A stretch of 64,000 nucleotides of DNA from Pelagibacteraceae bacterium AG-422-B15 (GTDB lineage Bacteria > Pseudomonadota > Alphaproteobacteria > Pelagibacterales > AG-422-B15). Both the position numbers and the translations under genes were made by a program. The DNA is taken from the NCBI GenBank assembly GCA_905182345.1, contig CAJJBG010000007.1, positions 4,011 to 68,010 on the forward strand, in the 5' to 3' direction. Numbering within the stretch: position 1 is the first letter of the stretch; the number at the start of each line of letters is the position of its first letter. The notes under the pieces were generated by a model that saw nothing but the letters and a program-made list of their open reading frames with translations, ran no database searches and was not told the DNA's origin. Of the stretch, positions 34,066 to 44,603 are shown piece after piece.

Positions 34066-35616
34066 ATGATGAATAAAAATCAAATACAGATATTCGATAC
34101 AACTTTGCGTGATGGTGAGCAATCACCAGGCGCCTCAATGAACATTGAAGAAAAATTAAAAATTGCAATTGCACTAGAGGCCTTGGGGGTTGATATTATT
34201 GAAGCAGGGTTTCCAGCGGCTTCCAAAGGTGATCTAGAGGCTGTAACGGAAATTGCTAAGACCATTAAAGATTCAAAAGTGTGTGGCTTAAGCCGTGCTT
34301 CAAAGTTTGATATTGATGCTGCGGCTAGTGCCTTGAAACATGCTGCCCAACCAAGAATTCATACATTTATTTCTACTAGTGCCTTGCACATGAAGCATAA
34401 ACTAGAACTAAGTTCTGAGCAAGTTTATGAAAAAGTTATTGAGAGCGTATCTTATGCAAGAAACTTATGTGATGATATTGAGTGGTCTTGTGAAGATGGA
34501 ACAAGAACAGATAAAGATTTCATGTGTAGAACTGTGGAGGCAGCAATTAAACATGGTGCAACTACAATCAATATACCAGACACAGTAGGATATTCAGTTC
34601 CTGAAGAATTTACTGAAATAATTAAACATCTTATAAACAATGTTCCTAATATTGATAAAGCAATAATTTCTACACACTGCCATAACGATCTTGGCATAGC
34701 TGTTGCAAATTCTCTTGCTGGCATAACCGCTGGTGCCCGACAAATAGAATGTACAATTAATGGCCTAGGTGAACGTGCTGGTAACGCAGCTCTTGAAGAA
34801 GTTGTTATGGCCATCAAAACTCGGAATGACTTATTACCATTTACAACTAATATTAAAACTGAACTATTAAATAGAACATCAAAATTAGTTTCAGCTGTTA
34901 CTGGCTTTCCAGTTCAATATAATAAAGCAATAGTTGGTAAAAATGCTTTTGCACATGAAGCGGGTATTCATCAAGATGGGATGTTAAAAAACTCTCAAAC
35001 TTATGAAATAATGACACCTGAAAGTGTTGGAGTATCTGAGTCAAACCTTGTCATGGGAAAACACTCAGGAAGGCATGCTTTTAAACAAAAGATAATTGAA
35101 TTAGGGTATGACATTGGTGATAATGCAATTGAGGAATCTTTTAATAATTTTAAAGCACTTGCAGATAAAAAAAAGAATGTTTATGACGAGGATATAATTG
35201 CAATCATTGATGACCAAGTTATCAGAGTAAATGATCACATAACTTTAAAAGACTTGTCTGTTATAGCTGGTACAAAAGGCCCTCAAACAGCTGAAGTTTC
35301 ATTGTTAATTGATGAAAATGAACATTCTATTAAATCGGAAGGTGATGGTCCAGTAGATGCAATATTTAATGCGCTTACTGCTTTGATGCCGCATAAAGCT
35401 AAGCTATTACTGTATCAAGTTCATGCTGTGACTGAAGGAACTGATGCGCAGGCTGTAGTTTCTGTAAGACTGTCTGAAAATGAAAAAACAGTTGTTGGAC
35501 AGGGAGCTGATACCGATACTTTGGTTGCGTCTGCCAAGGCATACATTAATGCATTAAATAAACTTATTGTAAAAAGAGAAAAAACTACTCCTTCTAAGCT
35601 AGGCAATATATCTTAG
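34066..35616 (+). CDS. leuA: 2-isopropylmalate synthase
   Basis: IFDTTLRDGEQSPG, HCHNDLGIAVANSLAG, GERAGNAALEE and the C-terminal LeuA regulatory domain. Confidence 0.95.
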   Translation: MMNKNQIQIFDTTLRDGEQSPGASMNIEEKLKIAIALEALGVDIIEAGFPAASKGDLEAVTEIAKTIKDSKVCGLSRASKFDIDAAASALKHAAQPRIHTFISTSALHMKHKLELSSEQVYEKVIESVSYARNLCDDIEWSCEDGTRTDKDFMCRTVEAAIKHGATTINIPDTVGYSVPEEFTEIIKHLINNVPNIDKAIISTHCHNDLGIAVANSLAGITAGARQIECTINGLGERAGNAALEEVVMAIKTRNDLLPFTTNIKTELLNRTSKLVSAVTGFPVQYNKAIVGKNAFAHEAGIHQDGMLKNSQTYEIMTPESVGVSESNLVMGKHSGRHAFKQKIIELGYDIGDNAIEESFNNFKALADKKKNVYDEDIIAIIDDQVIRVNDHITLKDLSVIAGTKGPQTAEVSLLIDENEHSIKSEGDGPVDAIFNALTALMPHKAKLLLYQVHAVTEGTDAQAVVSVRLSENEKTVVGQGADTDTLVASAKAYINALNKLIVKREKTTPSKLGNIS

Positions 35617-35640
35617 AAATAATTTAACTACGAAAGGTAA

Positions 35641-36684
<1,044 letters not shown>

Positions 36685-36689
36685 ATTAA

Positions 36690-37550
36690 GTGAGATCATT
36701 AGAGCATAATTCTTTTGGATTTATTAAGAATAATTATCTAAGAACTATAGGCATAGCTGTAGTTCTTGGAATTATCTCTCTGGCTCTAATATATATTGAT
36801 TACACTAACAAGATTTATGCAACAAGCAGGGCTAATATTAGAGATGTAATATTGAGCACGTCATCTGTAATTGCTACACCAATAATTTTATTAGAAAACG
36901 GCTTGCTTACAGCAAGAAAAATAAATGGTCTATATAAAGATCTTCAAGAATATGATGATGAACAAGCTTTAATTAGCAGTACATTTCAGGAACTTTCAAC
37001 TTTACGACTTAAAGTAGATAAATATGAATCTGATTTAAAAATAATCAAAGAAAATAAATTTGAAAGTATTTCCGTAGAGATTTTTGCAGATATCTCTAAT
37101 CGTTATTTCTCCTCTATACTTCTTAAAGCTGGATCTAATCATGGCCTTAAAGAAAACAATATAATAGTTAGTTCTAATGGCCTAATTGGAAGAGTTAGCG
37201 AGGTAAGTCAAGATATATCACGAGGGATATTGTTGACTGACTTAAGCAGCAGAGTTCCCGTTTCTATTTCGGATAAAGACATACAAGGGATACTTATTGG
37301 ACAAAATTTAAAAAAACTTAGAATATTTTATATTAGAGAATTATCTAAGATTAATATTAATGATTTGGTTATGACTTCTGGAAAAGGAGGAGTCTTTCCC
37401 TCAGGCTTATTAATTGGCAAGGTATCTAAAATTAATAATAAAGATAGTTTTGTGGAAATTGATATTTTTGAAGATCCTGGCAATTTATCAAAAGTAAGAA
37501 TCATTAAATATGAATTGGTCAATAAAGCTGATGAAGATGCTTTTAAGTAA
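36690..37550 (+). CDS. mreC: rod shape-determining protein MreC
   Basis: GTG start, N-terminal TM helix, a coiled-coil, GLIGRVSEV and VMTSGKGGVFPSGLLIGKV. Confidence 0.85.
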   Translation: MRSLEHNSFGFIKNNYLRTIGIAVVLGIISLALIYIDYTNKIYATSRANIRDVILSTSSVIATPIILLENGLLTARKINGLYKDLQEYDDEQALISSTFQELSTLRLKVDKYESDLKIIKENKFESISVEIFADISNRYFSSILLKAGSNHGLKENNIIVSSNGLIGRVSEVSQDISRGILLTDLSSRVPVSISDKDIQGILIGQNLKKLRIFYIRELSKININDLVMTSGKGGVFPSGLLIGKVSKINNKDSFVEIDIFEDPGNLSKVRIIKYELVNKADEDAFK

Positions 37551-38037
37551 TATTCTTACATATAAATTTTTTAGAGAAATATCTTTTCATTTTATATTGG
37601 CTTTCCTTATCTCAGCCAGTCTATTTCTTGAGATCAATAAGTATTTTGATTTTTTACTGGTGGCGAGTGTAACTGTTTATTTGCGCAATAAAATAAATTT
37701 TCCAATTTTTTATGTACTATCACTTTTTTTATGGGGCCTGTATGCGGATATATTAATAGGTTATCCAATAGGATACACAAGTTGTATTTTTTTATTTTTT
37801 TATATATTAAGTGAGTTTTGTTCGTTATTTGTAGAATCTAGAAACATTAAACCTAGATTTTATATTTTTACATTAGGATTGTTATTCTTTTTAATTACTG
37901 AATACTTAATCATAAAATTATCTTTTAAGGTTAATTTGTCTTTTGATATCATGCTAATTAAATATTTTTTAATATCATTAATTTTCTACCCTATGTGTAA
38001 AATATCTTTATTAATCGAGCCTTATAATGAGAAATAA
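37510..38037 (+). CDS. mreD: rod shape-determining protein MreD
   Basis: Polytopic small membrane protein in the mreBCD slot. The start is uncertain (Met codons at 37510, 37531 and 37537). Confidence 0.7.
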   Translation: MNWSIKLMKMLLSNILTYKFFREISFHFILAFLISASLFLEINKYFDFLLVASVTVYLRNKINFPIFYVLSLFLWGLYADILIGYPIGYTSCIFLFFYILSEFCSLFVESRNIKPRFYIFTLGLLFFLITEYLIIKLSFKVNLSFDIMLIKYFLISLIFYPMCKISLLIEPYNEK

Positions 38038-39907
38038 AACTATCCATTCTTCATTTGACATAGCAAATTCAGAAAAGTTAATAAGCAGAAGAGCAACATT
38101 ATTAGCTATTGCTCAAACAGCACTGTTTGGAGTTCTTGGCTCTAGACTTGCATATTTACAACTATATAAACATGATGAATATAAGTCTCTTTCTGATGAT
38201 AATAGGACTACCCATAGATTAATAGAGCCTGCTAGAGGAAGTATCCTGGATTTAACAGGAAATCTTGTTGCAATGAATACTGAAAACTATCAGGCGCTCG
38301 TTGTCTTAGAGGAAACAGGAGATGTTCATAAGGCTTTAATTGCTTTCAATTCAATCTTACCTGAAAAGAAACTTGAAATTAAAAAAATTATCGACCTTTC
38401 TAAAAAATTTTCTAAATTTAAGCCTATTAAATTAATTGAGAATCTGACTTGGGACGAATTTTCAAAACTAAATGCAAATGTCTATAATTTAATGGGCATA
38501 TACCCCAATGTTGATTTTAAAAGGTACTACCCAAAAAATGAAAGCTTAGCTCACTTAGTAGGCTATGTTGCAAGTCTAAATAAAGAAGAGTCATATAATA
38601 ATCCATTTTCTAAATTAACCAATGCAAAATCTGGTAAAGTTGGAATAGAAAAATCTATGAACTCTAACCTTAGGGGTATCATTGGTAATAAGAGACTAGA
38701 AATTAATGCATTTGGAAGAGAGATTAGAGAACTAAACAGAGTTGATAGCAAAAAAGGAGAAGATGTTCAGCTAACAATTGATTCTGATCTCCAAGATTTT
38801 TGCTACAAACAATTAAATGGTTTAAGTGGAGCAGTAACGGTAGTTAATATTCATTCAGGAGACTATTTAGCACTTGTATCAGCACCTGCATTTGATCCAA
38901 ATAAATTTTATAATGGTATTTCTCATAGTGATTGGAACTTATTAACTAGCAATATTTATAAGCCATTAATTAATAAGGCAATATCTAATTATTATCCACC
39001 TGGGTCGACAATTAAGCCTTTTGTAGCGCTAGCGGCATTAGAGGCGGGGTTTGATTTAAATAAGAGAATACAATGTGACGGTAGTTATGAAATTAAGGAT
39101 GCCTCCATGGAGACAGGAATTAAATCTTTTTATTGCTGGAAAAAGAATGGTCATGGTCTTATGAACATGAAAGATGCCATCCAAAGATCCTGTGATGTTT
39201 ATTTTTATACTATAGCAAGAGAAATAGGGATTGATAAGATAGCCGAAGTTTGTAGACGTTTTGGACTAGGAAAAAAAGTTTTCACAGATTTTGAAGAAGA
39301 GTTATCAGGTACAGTACCTGATAAAAAATGGAAGAAGGACGTCTTGGGTGAGAGTTGGATGATAGGAGAATCATTGGTTGCTGGAATAGGACAAGGATAT
39401 TTTCTAACAACCCCAGCACAACTTTCTTTTGCTACCGCACAATTAGTTAATGGTGGAAAAAAATTAAATGCCAATATTATCTATAAAGGAACTAATTTAA
39501 TTCAAAAAAATTTATCGACTCAATTATTAGCTAATGAAAATCATCTTTCTTTTATTAAGGATTGCCTATACTCAGCAACTAATATTCCTGGTGGCACAGC
39601 ATATGGATCTAGAATTAAAGGTAAATATGAATTTGCAGGAAAAACAGGAACATCTCAAGTAAGAAGAATCACCATAAAGGAGAGAGAAGAAGGTATTATT
39701 AAAAATAAAGACTTAGATTGGGAACAAAGAGATCATGGAGTATTTATTGGCTATGGTCCAATTGAAAAACCTAAGTATTCAATTTCAGTTCTCATTGAAC
39801 ATGGTGGAAGTGGCTCAAGTGTGGCAGCACCTATTGCAAAAAATGTTATGAATTTTATTTTTAACAATAAATTAGACGTAAAAAGAATGTTTAAGTCAGA
39901 TGCGTAG
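38027..39907 (+). CDS. mrdA: penicillin-binding protein 2 (elongasome transpeptidase)
   Basis: PPGSTIKP (SxxK), SCDVYF and KTGTSQV (KTG) motifs, followed by rodA. Confidence 0.9.
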   Translation: MRNKTIHSSFDIANSEKLISRRATLLAIAQTALFGVLGSRLAYLQLYKHDEYKSLSDDNRTTHRLIEPARGSILDLTGNLVAMNTENYQALVVLEETGDVHKALIAFNSILPEKKLEIKKIIDLSKKFSKFKPIKLIENLTWDEFSKLNANVYNLMGIYPNVDFKRYYPKNESLAHLVGYVASLNKEESYNNPFSKLTNAKSGKVGIEKSMNSNLRGIIGNKRLEINAFGREIRELNRVDSKKGEDVQLTIDSDLQDFCYKQLNGLSGAVTVVNIHSGDYLALVSAPAFDPNKFYNGISHSDWNLLTSNIYKPLINKAISNYYPPGSTIKPFVALAALEAGFDLNKRIQCDGSYEIKDASMETGIKSFYCWKKNGHGLMNMKDAIQRSCDVYFYTIAREIGIDKIAEVCRRFGLGKKVFTDFEEELSGTVPDKKWKKDVLGESWMIGESLVAGIGQGYFLTTPAQLSFATAQLVNGGKKLNANIIYKGTNLIQKNLSTQLLANENHLSFIKDCLYSATNIPGGTAYGSRIKGKYEFAGKTGTSQVRRITIKEREEGIIKNKDLDWEQRDHGVFIGYGPIEKPKYSISVLIEHGGSGSSVAAPIAKNVMNFIFNNKLDVKRMFKSDA

Positions 39908-41042
39908 TTTTTATCAGATTAAAACTTCATTAAGTATAATTGATCGTATAAAAGAAATAAATTATCTTTTAGTATTTTTGTTACTAATTATCTTTTCTTT
40001 TGGCCTGCTATCTCTTTACAGTGTTGCGGAAGGAAATTTTGAACCTTGGGCAAAGAACCATTTAATTAGATTTTTTATTAGTGCAGCAATATTTTTAATA
40101 ATTAGCTTAATGAATATTAAGTTAATTCTTAAATTAGCTTACCCATTATTTTTCCTAAATATTTTAGCTTTAATTCTTATTCTTTTCATAGGAACTGAAA
40201 CTTATGGTGCAACACGATGGATCAGAATTGCAGGTATAAGTCTGCAGCCCTCAGAATTTATTAAGGTTTCATTAATCTTATGTTTAGCTAAATACTATCA
40301 TTCAATTTCATTTATAGATGTCAGTAAAATTTCAAGAATGATTATTCCAGCAATTATTACAATCATACCTATTGGACTAGTAGTTGTTCAGCCAGATCTT
40401 GGAACATCTATAATAATTTGCATAGGGGCAGGATCAATATTTTGGATTGTAGGTGTTAATTATAAATATTTTATAGCTGCTTTTGTGGTTGCCTGTGCCT
40501 CAATTCCAATAGGATGGCAATATTTACATCAATATCAAAAAGAAAGAGTCTATACCTTTTTTAACCCAGAAAGAGATCCTCTGGGTAATGGGTATCATAT
40601 TATGCAATCTAAAATTGCGTTAGGTTCAGGTGGTTTTTCTGGCAAAGGTTATTTAGATGGAACACAAAGTCATCTTAATTTCTTACCAGAAATGCATACA
40701 GATTTTATTTTCACAATGTATGGAGAAGAGTTTGGCTTTATAGGAACAATATTTTTATTATTAATTTATTTATCTATAATTTTTGTATCAATTAATATCG
40801 CTAATAAATCTCGAAGTAACTTTAGTAAATTTATGTCATCTGGGTTAATTTTTCTATTTTTTATTCATATCTTTATCAATATAGGTATGGTGATGGGTAT
40901 TTTACCAGTAGTGGGAGTGCCACTACCATTAATATCTTATGGTGGCAGCTCCATGTTAGCAACTATGATTAGTTTTGGCTTAATTATGAACTGTTATATT
41001 AATAGAGATGTTATTTTGGCAAAAGAAGGTTTTATTGATTAG
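39900..41042 (+). CDS. rodA: SEDS-family peptidoglycan polymerase RodA
   Basis: QPSEFIK, QPDLGT, HTDFIFTMYGEEFG and GVPLPLISYGGSS motifs. Confidence 0.9.
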   Translation: MRSFYQIKTSLSIIDRIKEINYLLVFLLLIIFSFGLLSLYSVAEGNFEPWAKNHLIRFFISAAIFLIISLMNIKLILKLAYPLFFLNILALILILFIGTETYGATRWIRIAGISLQPSEFIKVSLILCLAKYYHSISFIDVSKISRMIIPAIITIIPIGLVVVQPDLGTSIIICIGAGSIFWIVGVNYKYFIAAFVVACASIPIGWQYLHQYQKERVYTFFNPERDPLGNGYHIMQSKIALGSGGFSGKGYLDGTQSHLNFLPEMHTDFIFTMYGEEFGFIGTIFLLLIYLSIIFVSINIANKSRSNFSKFMSSGLIFLFFIHIFINIGMVMGILPVVGVPLPLISYGGSSMLATMISFGLIMNCYINRDVILAKEGFID

Positions 41043-42138
41043 GAAAGTAATCCTCACAATTACCCTCTCGATAAACATCTGTTGTTGCGCAATGCAAGGC
41101 TCCACCAAAAGGGTATGCATCTCTAAATGGAACTGGTATCACTTCAAATCCAAGCTTGTCAATTTGTTCACATTGATACACTTCAGTTTCTTCAACGCAA
41201 ACTGTTTTAGGGTCTACAACAAGAACATTCATACTTAGCCAAATACTAGAATAACATAATGGTGGAGGTTGATTATGAGCAGGTTGTGCGGCATCAATAA
41301 TTTCCCAATCATTTTTTTTAAAGATCTTTCGCTGCTCTTCAGGTAGCTGTCTTGTTGGGTTATTAATGATTAAGCCTGGACGAAGAGGCGTAAAAGTTGC
41401 ATCGATATGAATTGGATAAGGATCACCTGGAAAATTTAAAGTATGTATTCTATGGTTAGGAAAATGTCTTCGCAACCAGTCACTACCCTTTAGGTTTGTG
41501 GTAAAGCCATGCTGCACAAAAAGATCCTTGCCCAGTCTAAGAATATCAGCAGCATCAAATAAGATCTCCTTTTCAGTAGTTACAAACCTTTTATCTGCAA
41601 CCATCTTCAATCTTTCTTCAATTGTTATATTCTTACTTAAATAATTTTCTCTATATGATTCATCTGTTAATCTTGGTTTGGGAGCTGATTCAAATTTCAT
41701 ATTAGGATCCTCATTAAAATATTTTTCTAATAAAGGTCTGTAACAAAGATATTCAAACCATCTCGATCTGTAGGACATTGTAGCCTCTAACATTTCATTA
41801 CCTAAAGTTAGAATTACATCTCTTGGAGGCATACATCCAAACATTGATCCATTTTCCCAGTCTGGCGTAGATATTTTTTGATTAAACTCTAAAGGTGTAG
41901 GCCTATCAACCCTTATGCCTCTTGACTCAAGTATTTTAGCTAGATTATCTAATTGAATATTTGCCTTTATAATAGATTCTTCTGACCGTGGACCATCCAT
42001 ACCTGTCATATCACTATCTTCAGGAATTTTTGCATCTGTTGCAGGTTCTGCTGGAGGGATACAACAATTGTCAGCCCTACCAACAATAACATGTTTTAAT
42101 GGATCCCACTCGTTCCAAGAGTTTACTATTTTAGTCAT
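41032..42138 (-). CDS. L-arginine:glycine amidinotransferase (AGAT/GATM, StrB1) family enzyme
   Basis: Collinear with my memory of human GATM: NEWDPL..VIVGRA, MPPRDV, SYRSRWFEY, FVTTE..FDAADILR (Asp), PIHIDATF (His), SSIWLSMNVL and GGALHCATTD (catalytic Cys). Confidence 0.85.
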   Translation of the reverse strand: MTKIVNSWNEWDPLKHVIVGRADNCCIPPAEPATDAKIPEDSDMTGMDGPRSEESIIKANIQLDNLAKILESRGIRVDRPTPLEFNQKISTPDWENGSMFGCMPPRDVILTLGNEMLEATMSYRSRWFEYLCYRPLLEKYFNEDPNMKFESAPKPRLTDESYRENYLSKNITIEERLKMVADKRFVTTEKEILFDAADILRLGKDLFVQHGFTTNLKGSDWLRRHFPNHRIHTLNFPGDPYPIHIDATFTPLRPGLIINNPTRQLPEEQRKIFKKNDWEIIDAAQPAHNQPPPLCYSSIWLSMNVLVVDPKTVCVEETEVYQCEQIDKLGFEVIPVPFRDAYPFGGALHCATTDVYREGNCEDYFPNQ

Positions 42139-42231
42139 AGAAAATTTTATTTTTTAATTCTTAATTGATTATTATTTAACTTGAATTCAATATAAATTGA
42201 AAGTAATAGTCAAGGTAATTTAGGAAAAGCT

Positions 42232-43773
42232 TTGAAAAATAATCTATTTCATTACGATGTAATAATTGTTGGCTTAGGTCCGATAGGACAGTTTATAGCA
42301 AACTTATTTAACAAATCTTCTTTAAAAATCGCAATAATTGAAAAGCTAGATAAAATCTATTCTAAATCTAGTGCGGTTGTTCTTGATGATGAAATTATGC
42401 GAGCAATATCTAACCTGAGTATATATAATGAATTTAAAGAAAAAATAAGTATTCCAAAGTCTATTGATTTTGAATTTCCTGATGGGAAAGTTATTCAAAG
42501 TAGTTTAGTCAAAAAAACCTCAAACGGCTTTGCAACAATTAGCACATTTTATCAGCCTGACTTAGAAAAACTTTTAACTGATAGTTTGAAAAAAAGTAAG
42601 AATGTAGATGTGTTTTATCAATGTGAGCTTATTGATTTTAACGAATCAAACAAAAAAATACTGCTTACATATAAAGATCTTAATTCAAAAGAAACTGAAA
42701 TTCTATCAGGCAAGTTTTTACTTGCATGTGATGGCATAGATAGTTCTATAAAATCAAAATTAAAAATTCCAGATATTGATATGCAATACAGTAAAGATTG
42801 GCTTATTGTTGATGTAATTTTAAACAAGGGAGTGGCTTTAGATAAAGCTGTTCGTCAAATTTGTGATTCAGTCAGACCAACAGTATCTATTCATATGCCG
42901 GCAAATCGTCACAGATTTGAGTTTCAGCTTTTAGCAGGAGAAATTTCAAAAAATATGCAAAGCGTCGAATCTGCAACTAGCCTCTTGTCTACTTGGCTAA
43001 AACCAAATGAATTTAGCATAGATCAAATTGATATTTATAAATCTAGAGCTAAAAGAGTCAGCGAATGGAAGCGTGGTAATGTAATTCTTCTTGGTGATTC
43101 TGCTCACCAGGTGCCGCCTTATGCAGCCCAAGGAATAAATTCAGGAATAAGAGATGCCATAAACCTTTTTTGGAAGTTAAATCTAGTTTTAAAAGGATCT
43201 GTGCATAATAGTGTGCTTGAATCATATCAAATCGAGAGAGAGATTCACCTGGTGGAAACGATTAAATCTTCAATAGCCCTCGGCCAGTTAATTGATTCTA
43301 TATCAGTAGCTTATAAAAAGAAAACCCCACTTAAAGACGCTGTTGCACCAGAAGCCAGAGACCAAGCCTATGGAGGAAGAAAGGCAAACCCTTCAAAAGA
43401 GACTAATCCAGGTATTTTTTATAATTCATTACAACATAAATTTACTGGCATACTTTTACCAAGGTTTGATTTGACAGATGGTGATGGCGTAAGGTTTTCC
43501 GTAGACAGTATCATCGATTATTGCCTAACAATTATAAGTAATGGGAATATAGGGAGTGAACTATCTACTGAATCAATGAAGGCATACAAATCCCTTGGAG
43601 CAAAATTCATCGATATTTCTAAATATTCCTATAAAAATTCTGAATTTAGTGAAATAATTTCTTGTGGCTCCTTAATAGTAAGGCCAGATTTATATATATT
43701 TGGTGTAACTGATAAGGATAGTAATTTACAAGATTTATCAGATCGATTATTTAAATTTTTAGCCATTAGTTAA
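42232..43773 (+). CDS. FAD-dependent aromatic-ring hydroxylase family monooxygenase (MhpA/phenol hydroxylase-like)
   Basis: YDVIIVGLGPIG dinucleotide fold, LLACDGIDS and GDSAHQVPPYAAQGINSGIRDA, with a C-terminal extra domain. TTG start. Confidence 0.8.
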   Translation: MKNNLFHYDVIIVGLGPIGQFIANLFNKSSLKIAIIEKLDKIYSKSSAVVLDDEIMRAISNLSIYNEFKEKISIPKSIDFEFPDGKVIQSSLVKKTSNGFATISTFYQPDLEKLLTDSLKKSKNVDVFYQCELIDFNESNKKILLTYKDLNSKETEILSGKFLLACDGIDSSIKSKLKIPDIDMQYSKDWLIVDVILNKGVALDKAVRQICDSVRPTVSIHMPANRHRFEFQLLAGEISKNMQSVESATSLLSTWLKPNEFSIDQIDIYKSRAKRVSEWKRGNVILLGDSAHQVPPYAAQGINSGIRDAINLFWKLNLVLKGSVHNSVLESYQIEREIHLVETIKSSIALGQLIDSISVAYKKKTPLKDAVAPEARDQAYGGRKANPSKETNPGIFYNSLQHKFTGILLPRFDLTDGDGVRFSVDSIIDYCLTIISNGNIGSELSTESMKAYKSLGAKFIDISKYSYKNSEFSEIISCGSLIVRPDLYIFGVTDKDSNLQDLSDRLFKFLAIS

Positions 43774-43858
43774 TTTTTAAACAAATAAATTAATCGAATC
43801 AAATCTATTTTACCCAATTTTTATAACTAAAAATTATGTGGTAATTATATCACTACTT

Positions 43859-43887
43859 TTTACAAAACCATAATAAGCTATTATAAT
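43859..43887 (+). promoter_or_regulatory. near-consensus sigma70-type promoter TTTACA-17 nt-TATAAT
   Basis: -35 TTTACA at 43859-43864, a 17-nt spacer, and -10 TATAAT at 43882-43887. This predicts a leader of about 105 nt before the ATG at 44000. Confidence 0.45.
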
Positions 43888-43967
43888 CAGTATCTTAAAA
43901 ACTATTAGATTCTTGGCATCTACATGTAGGGAGGTTAATCTCATACTAACACAAAATGTTGTGCCAT

Positions 43968-43979
43968 GTGATTAATCAC
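43968..43979. promoter_or_regulatory. perfect 12-bp palindrome GTGATTAATCAC in the predicted leader (candidate operator or RNA stem)
   Basis: Read directly from the sequence. A second perfect palindrome, CTACATGTAG, lies at 43920-43929. Confidence 0.25.
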
Positions 43980-43999
43980 AATAACGAGAGGAATAAAAT

Positions 44000-44218
44000 A
44001 TGATAGATAATGCAAAAAGAATGATTGCTGGACTTACTTCGCTAGGAATAGCTTTATTAGGTCTTGGAATTATAGCGTCACTTTTAAGCCCAACTGGAAG
44101 AATTCCATGGTTAGGTGACATCTCTGGCAATATTGTTGGTCTAATTAATAGCTTGGGTAGTCAAGGTATTGTTGGACTTGTTGCCTTAGGAGTAATTCTT
44201 TATTTATTTAAAGAATAG
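44000..44218 (+). CDS. 72-aa two-TM small membrane protein, paralog A
   Basis: Hydrophobic helices LTSLGIALLGLGIIASLL and IVGLVALGVILYLF. C-terminal half similar to the next gene. Confidence 0.6.
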   Translation: MIDNAKRMIAGLTSLGIALLGLGIIASLLSPTGRIPWLGDISGNIVGLINSLGSQGIVGLVALGVILYLFKE

Positions 44219-44231
44219 CACTGTCCTTTCT

Positions 44232-44258
44232 AGTCCCTAGGCTTTAAGCTTAGGGACT
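44232..44258 (+). terminator. 11-bp hairpin between the two small paralogs (weak intrinsic terminator or attenuator)
   Basis: AGTCCCTAGGC-TTTAA-GCTTAGGGACT with one G:U pair, followed by ATTAATTATC (a poor U-tract). Confidence 0.4.
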
Positions 44259-44286
44259 ATTAATTATCAAAAGAAAGAATTATTGC

Positions 44287-44517
44287 ATGTTAACGAAAAT
44301 TAAGATGATTTTACGGGAAATAATAGATTTTGGTCTTTTATTAATAGCTATTGCAATAATTTTAGAGGTCTTATTTGGACCTTCATCACCATTTTTAGGT
44401 CAAAATATTATAGGTAATCTTGTTAACTTAGTTAAAGATTTAGGTGACGCTGGCGTAGTGGGGCTTATTTCTATAGCAATTATAATCTATCTTTGGAATA
44501 GATTAAAAAAAGACTGA
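44287..44517 (+). CDS. 76-aa two-TM small membrane protein, paralog B
   Basis: GNLVNLVKDLGDAGVVGLISIAIIIYLW aligns with GNIVGLINSLGSQGIVGLVALGVILYLF of paralog A. Confidence 0.6.
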   Translation: MLTKIKMILREIIDFGLLLIAIAIILEVLFGPSSPFLGQNIIGNLVNLVKDLGDAGVVGLISIAIIIYLWNRLKKD

Positions 44518-44603
44518 TTTATTAAGAGTTTATTAAAAATACACTTGCTCATAAGCCATTTTTAAAGATAGGCTGTCTATATTATATAATATGGAGGTTA
44601 ACC

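Noticed and set aside
34452-34817. 121-aa antisense ORF inside leuA. Similar long antisense ORFs occur at 57047-57484 in the FNR gene, 59952-60344 in the BVMO gene, 63146-63514 in the pLGIC gene, and in many shorter cases in the ORF track.
   Set aside because: Each lies fully inside a confidently identified gene on the other strand. Their translations are low-complexity (Ser/Pro/Ile-rich) with no motifs, and they are the expected shadow frames of codon-biased genes.
41008-41238. 76-aa plus-strand ORF spanning the rodA end and the amidinotransferase 3' region.
   Set aside because: It overlaps two well-supported genes and has a Cys/Phe-rich nonsense-like sequence.
42181-42190. Perfect 10-bp palindrome TTGAATTCAA between the amidinotransferase and monooxygenase genes, considered as an operator.
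   Set aside because: It is a short AT-rich palindrome expected by chance in this composition, with no second copy and no adjacent regulator gene.
43894-43999. Leader of the small membrane protein genes, considered as a known riboswitch (guanidine-II/mini-ykkC, guanidine-III, fluoride).
   Set aside because: The single ACGA is not in a C-G-closed hairpin loop, and there is no paired second hairpin. There is no fluoride-type or ykkC-III-like conserved core that I can recognise.
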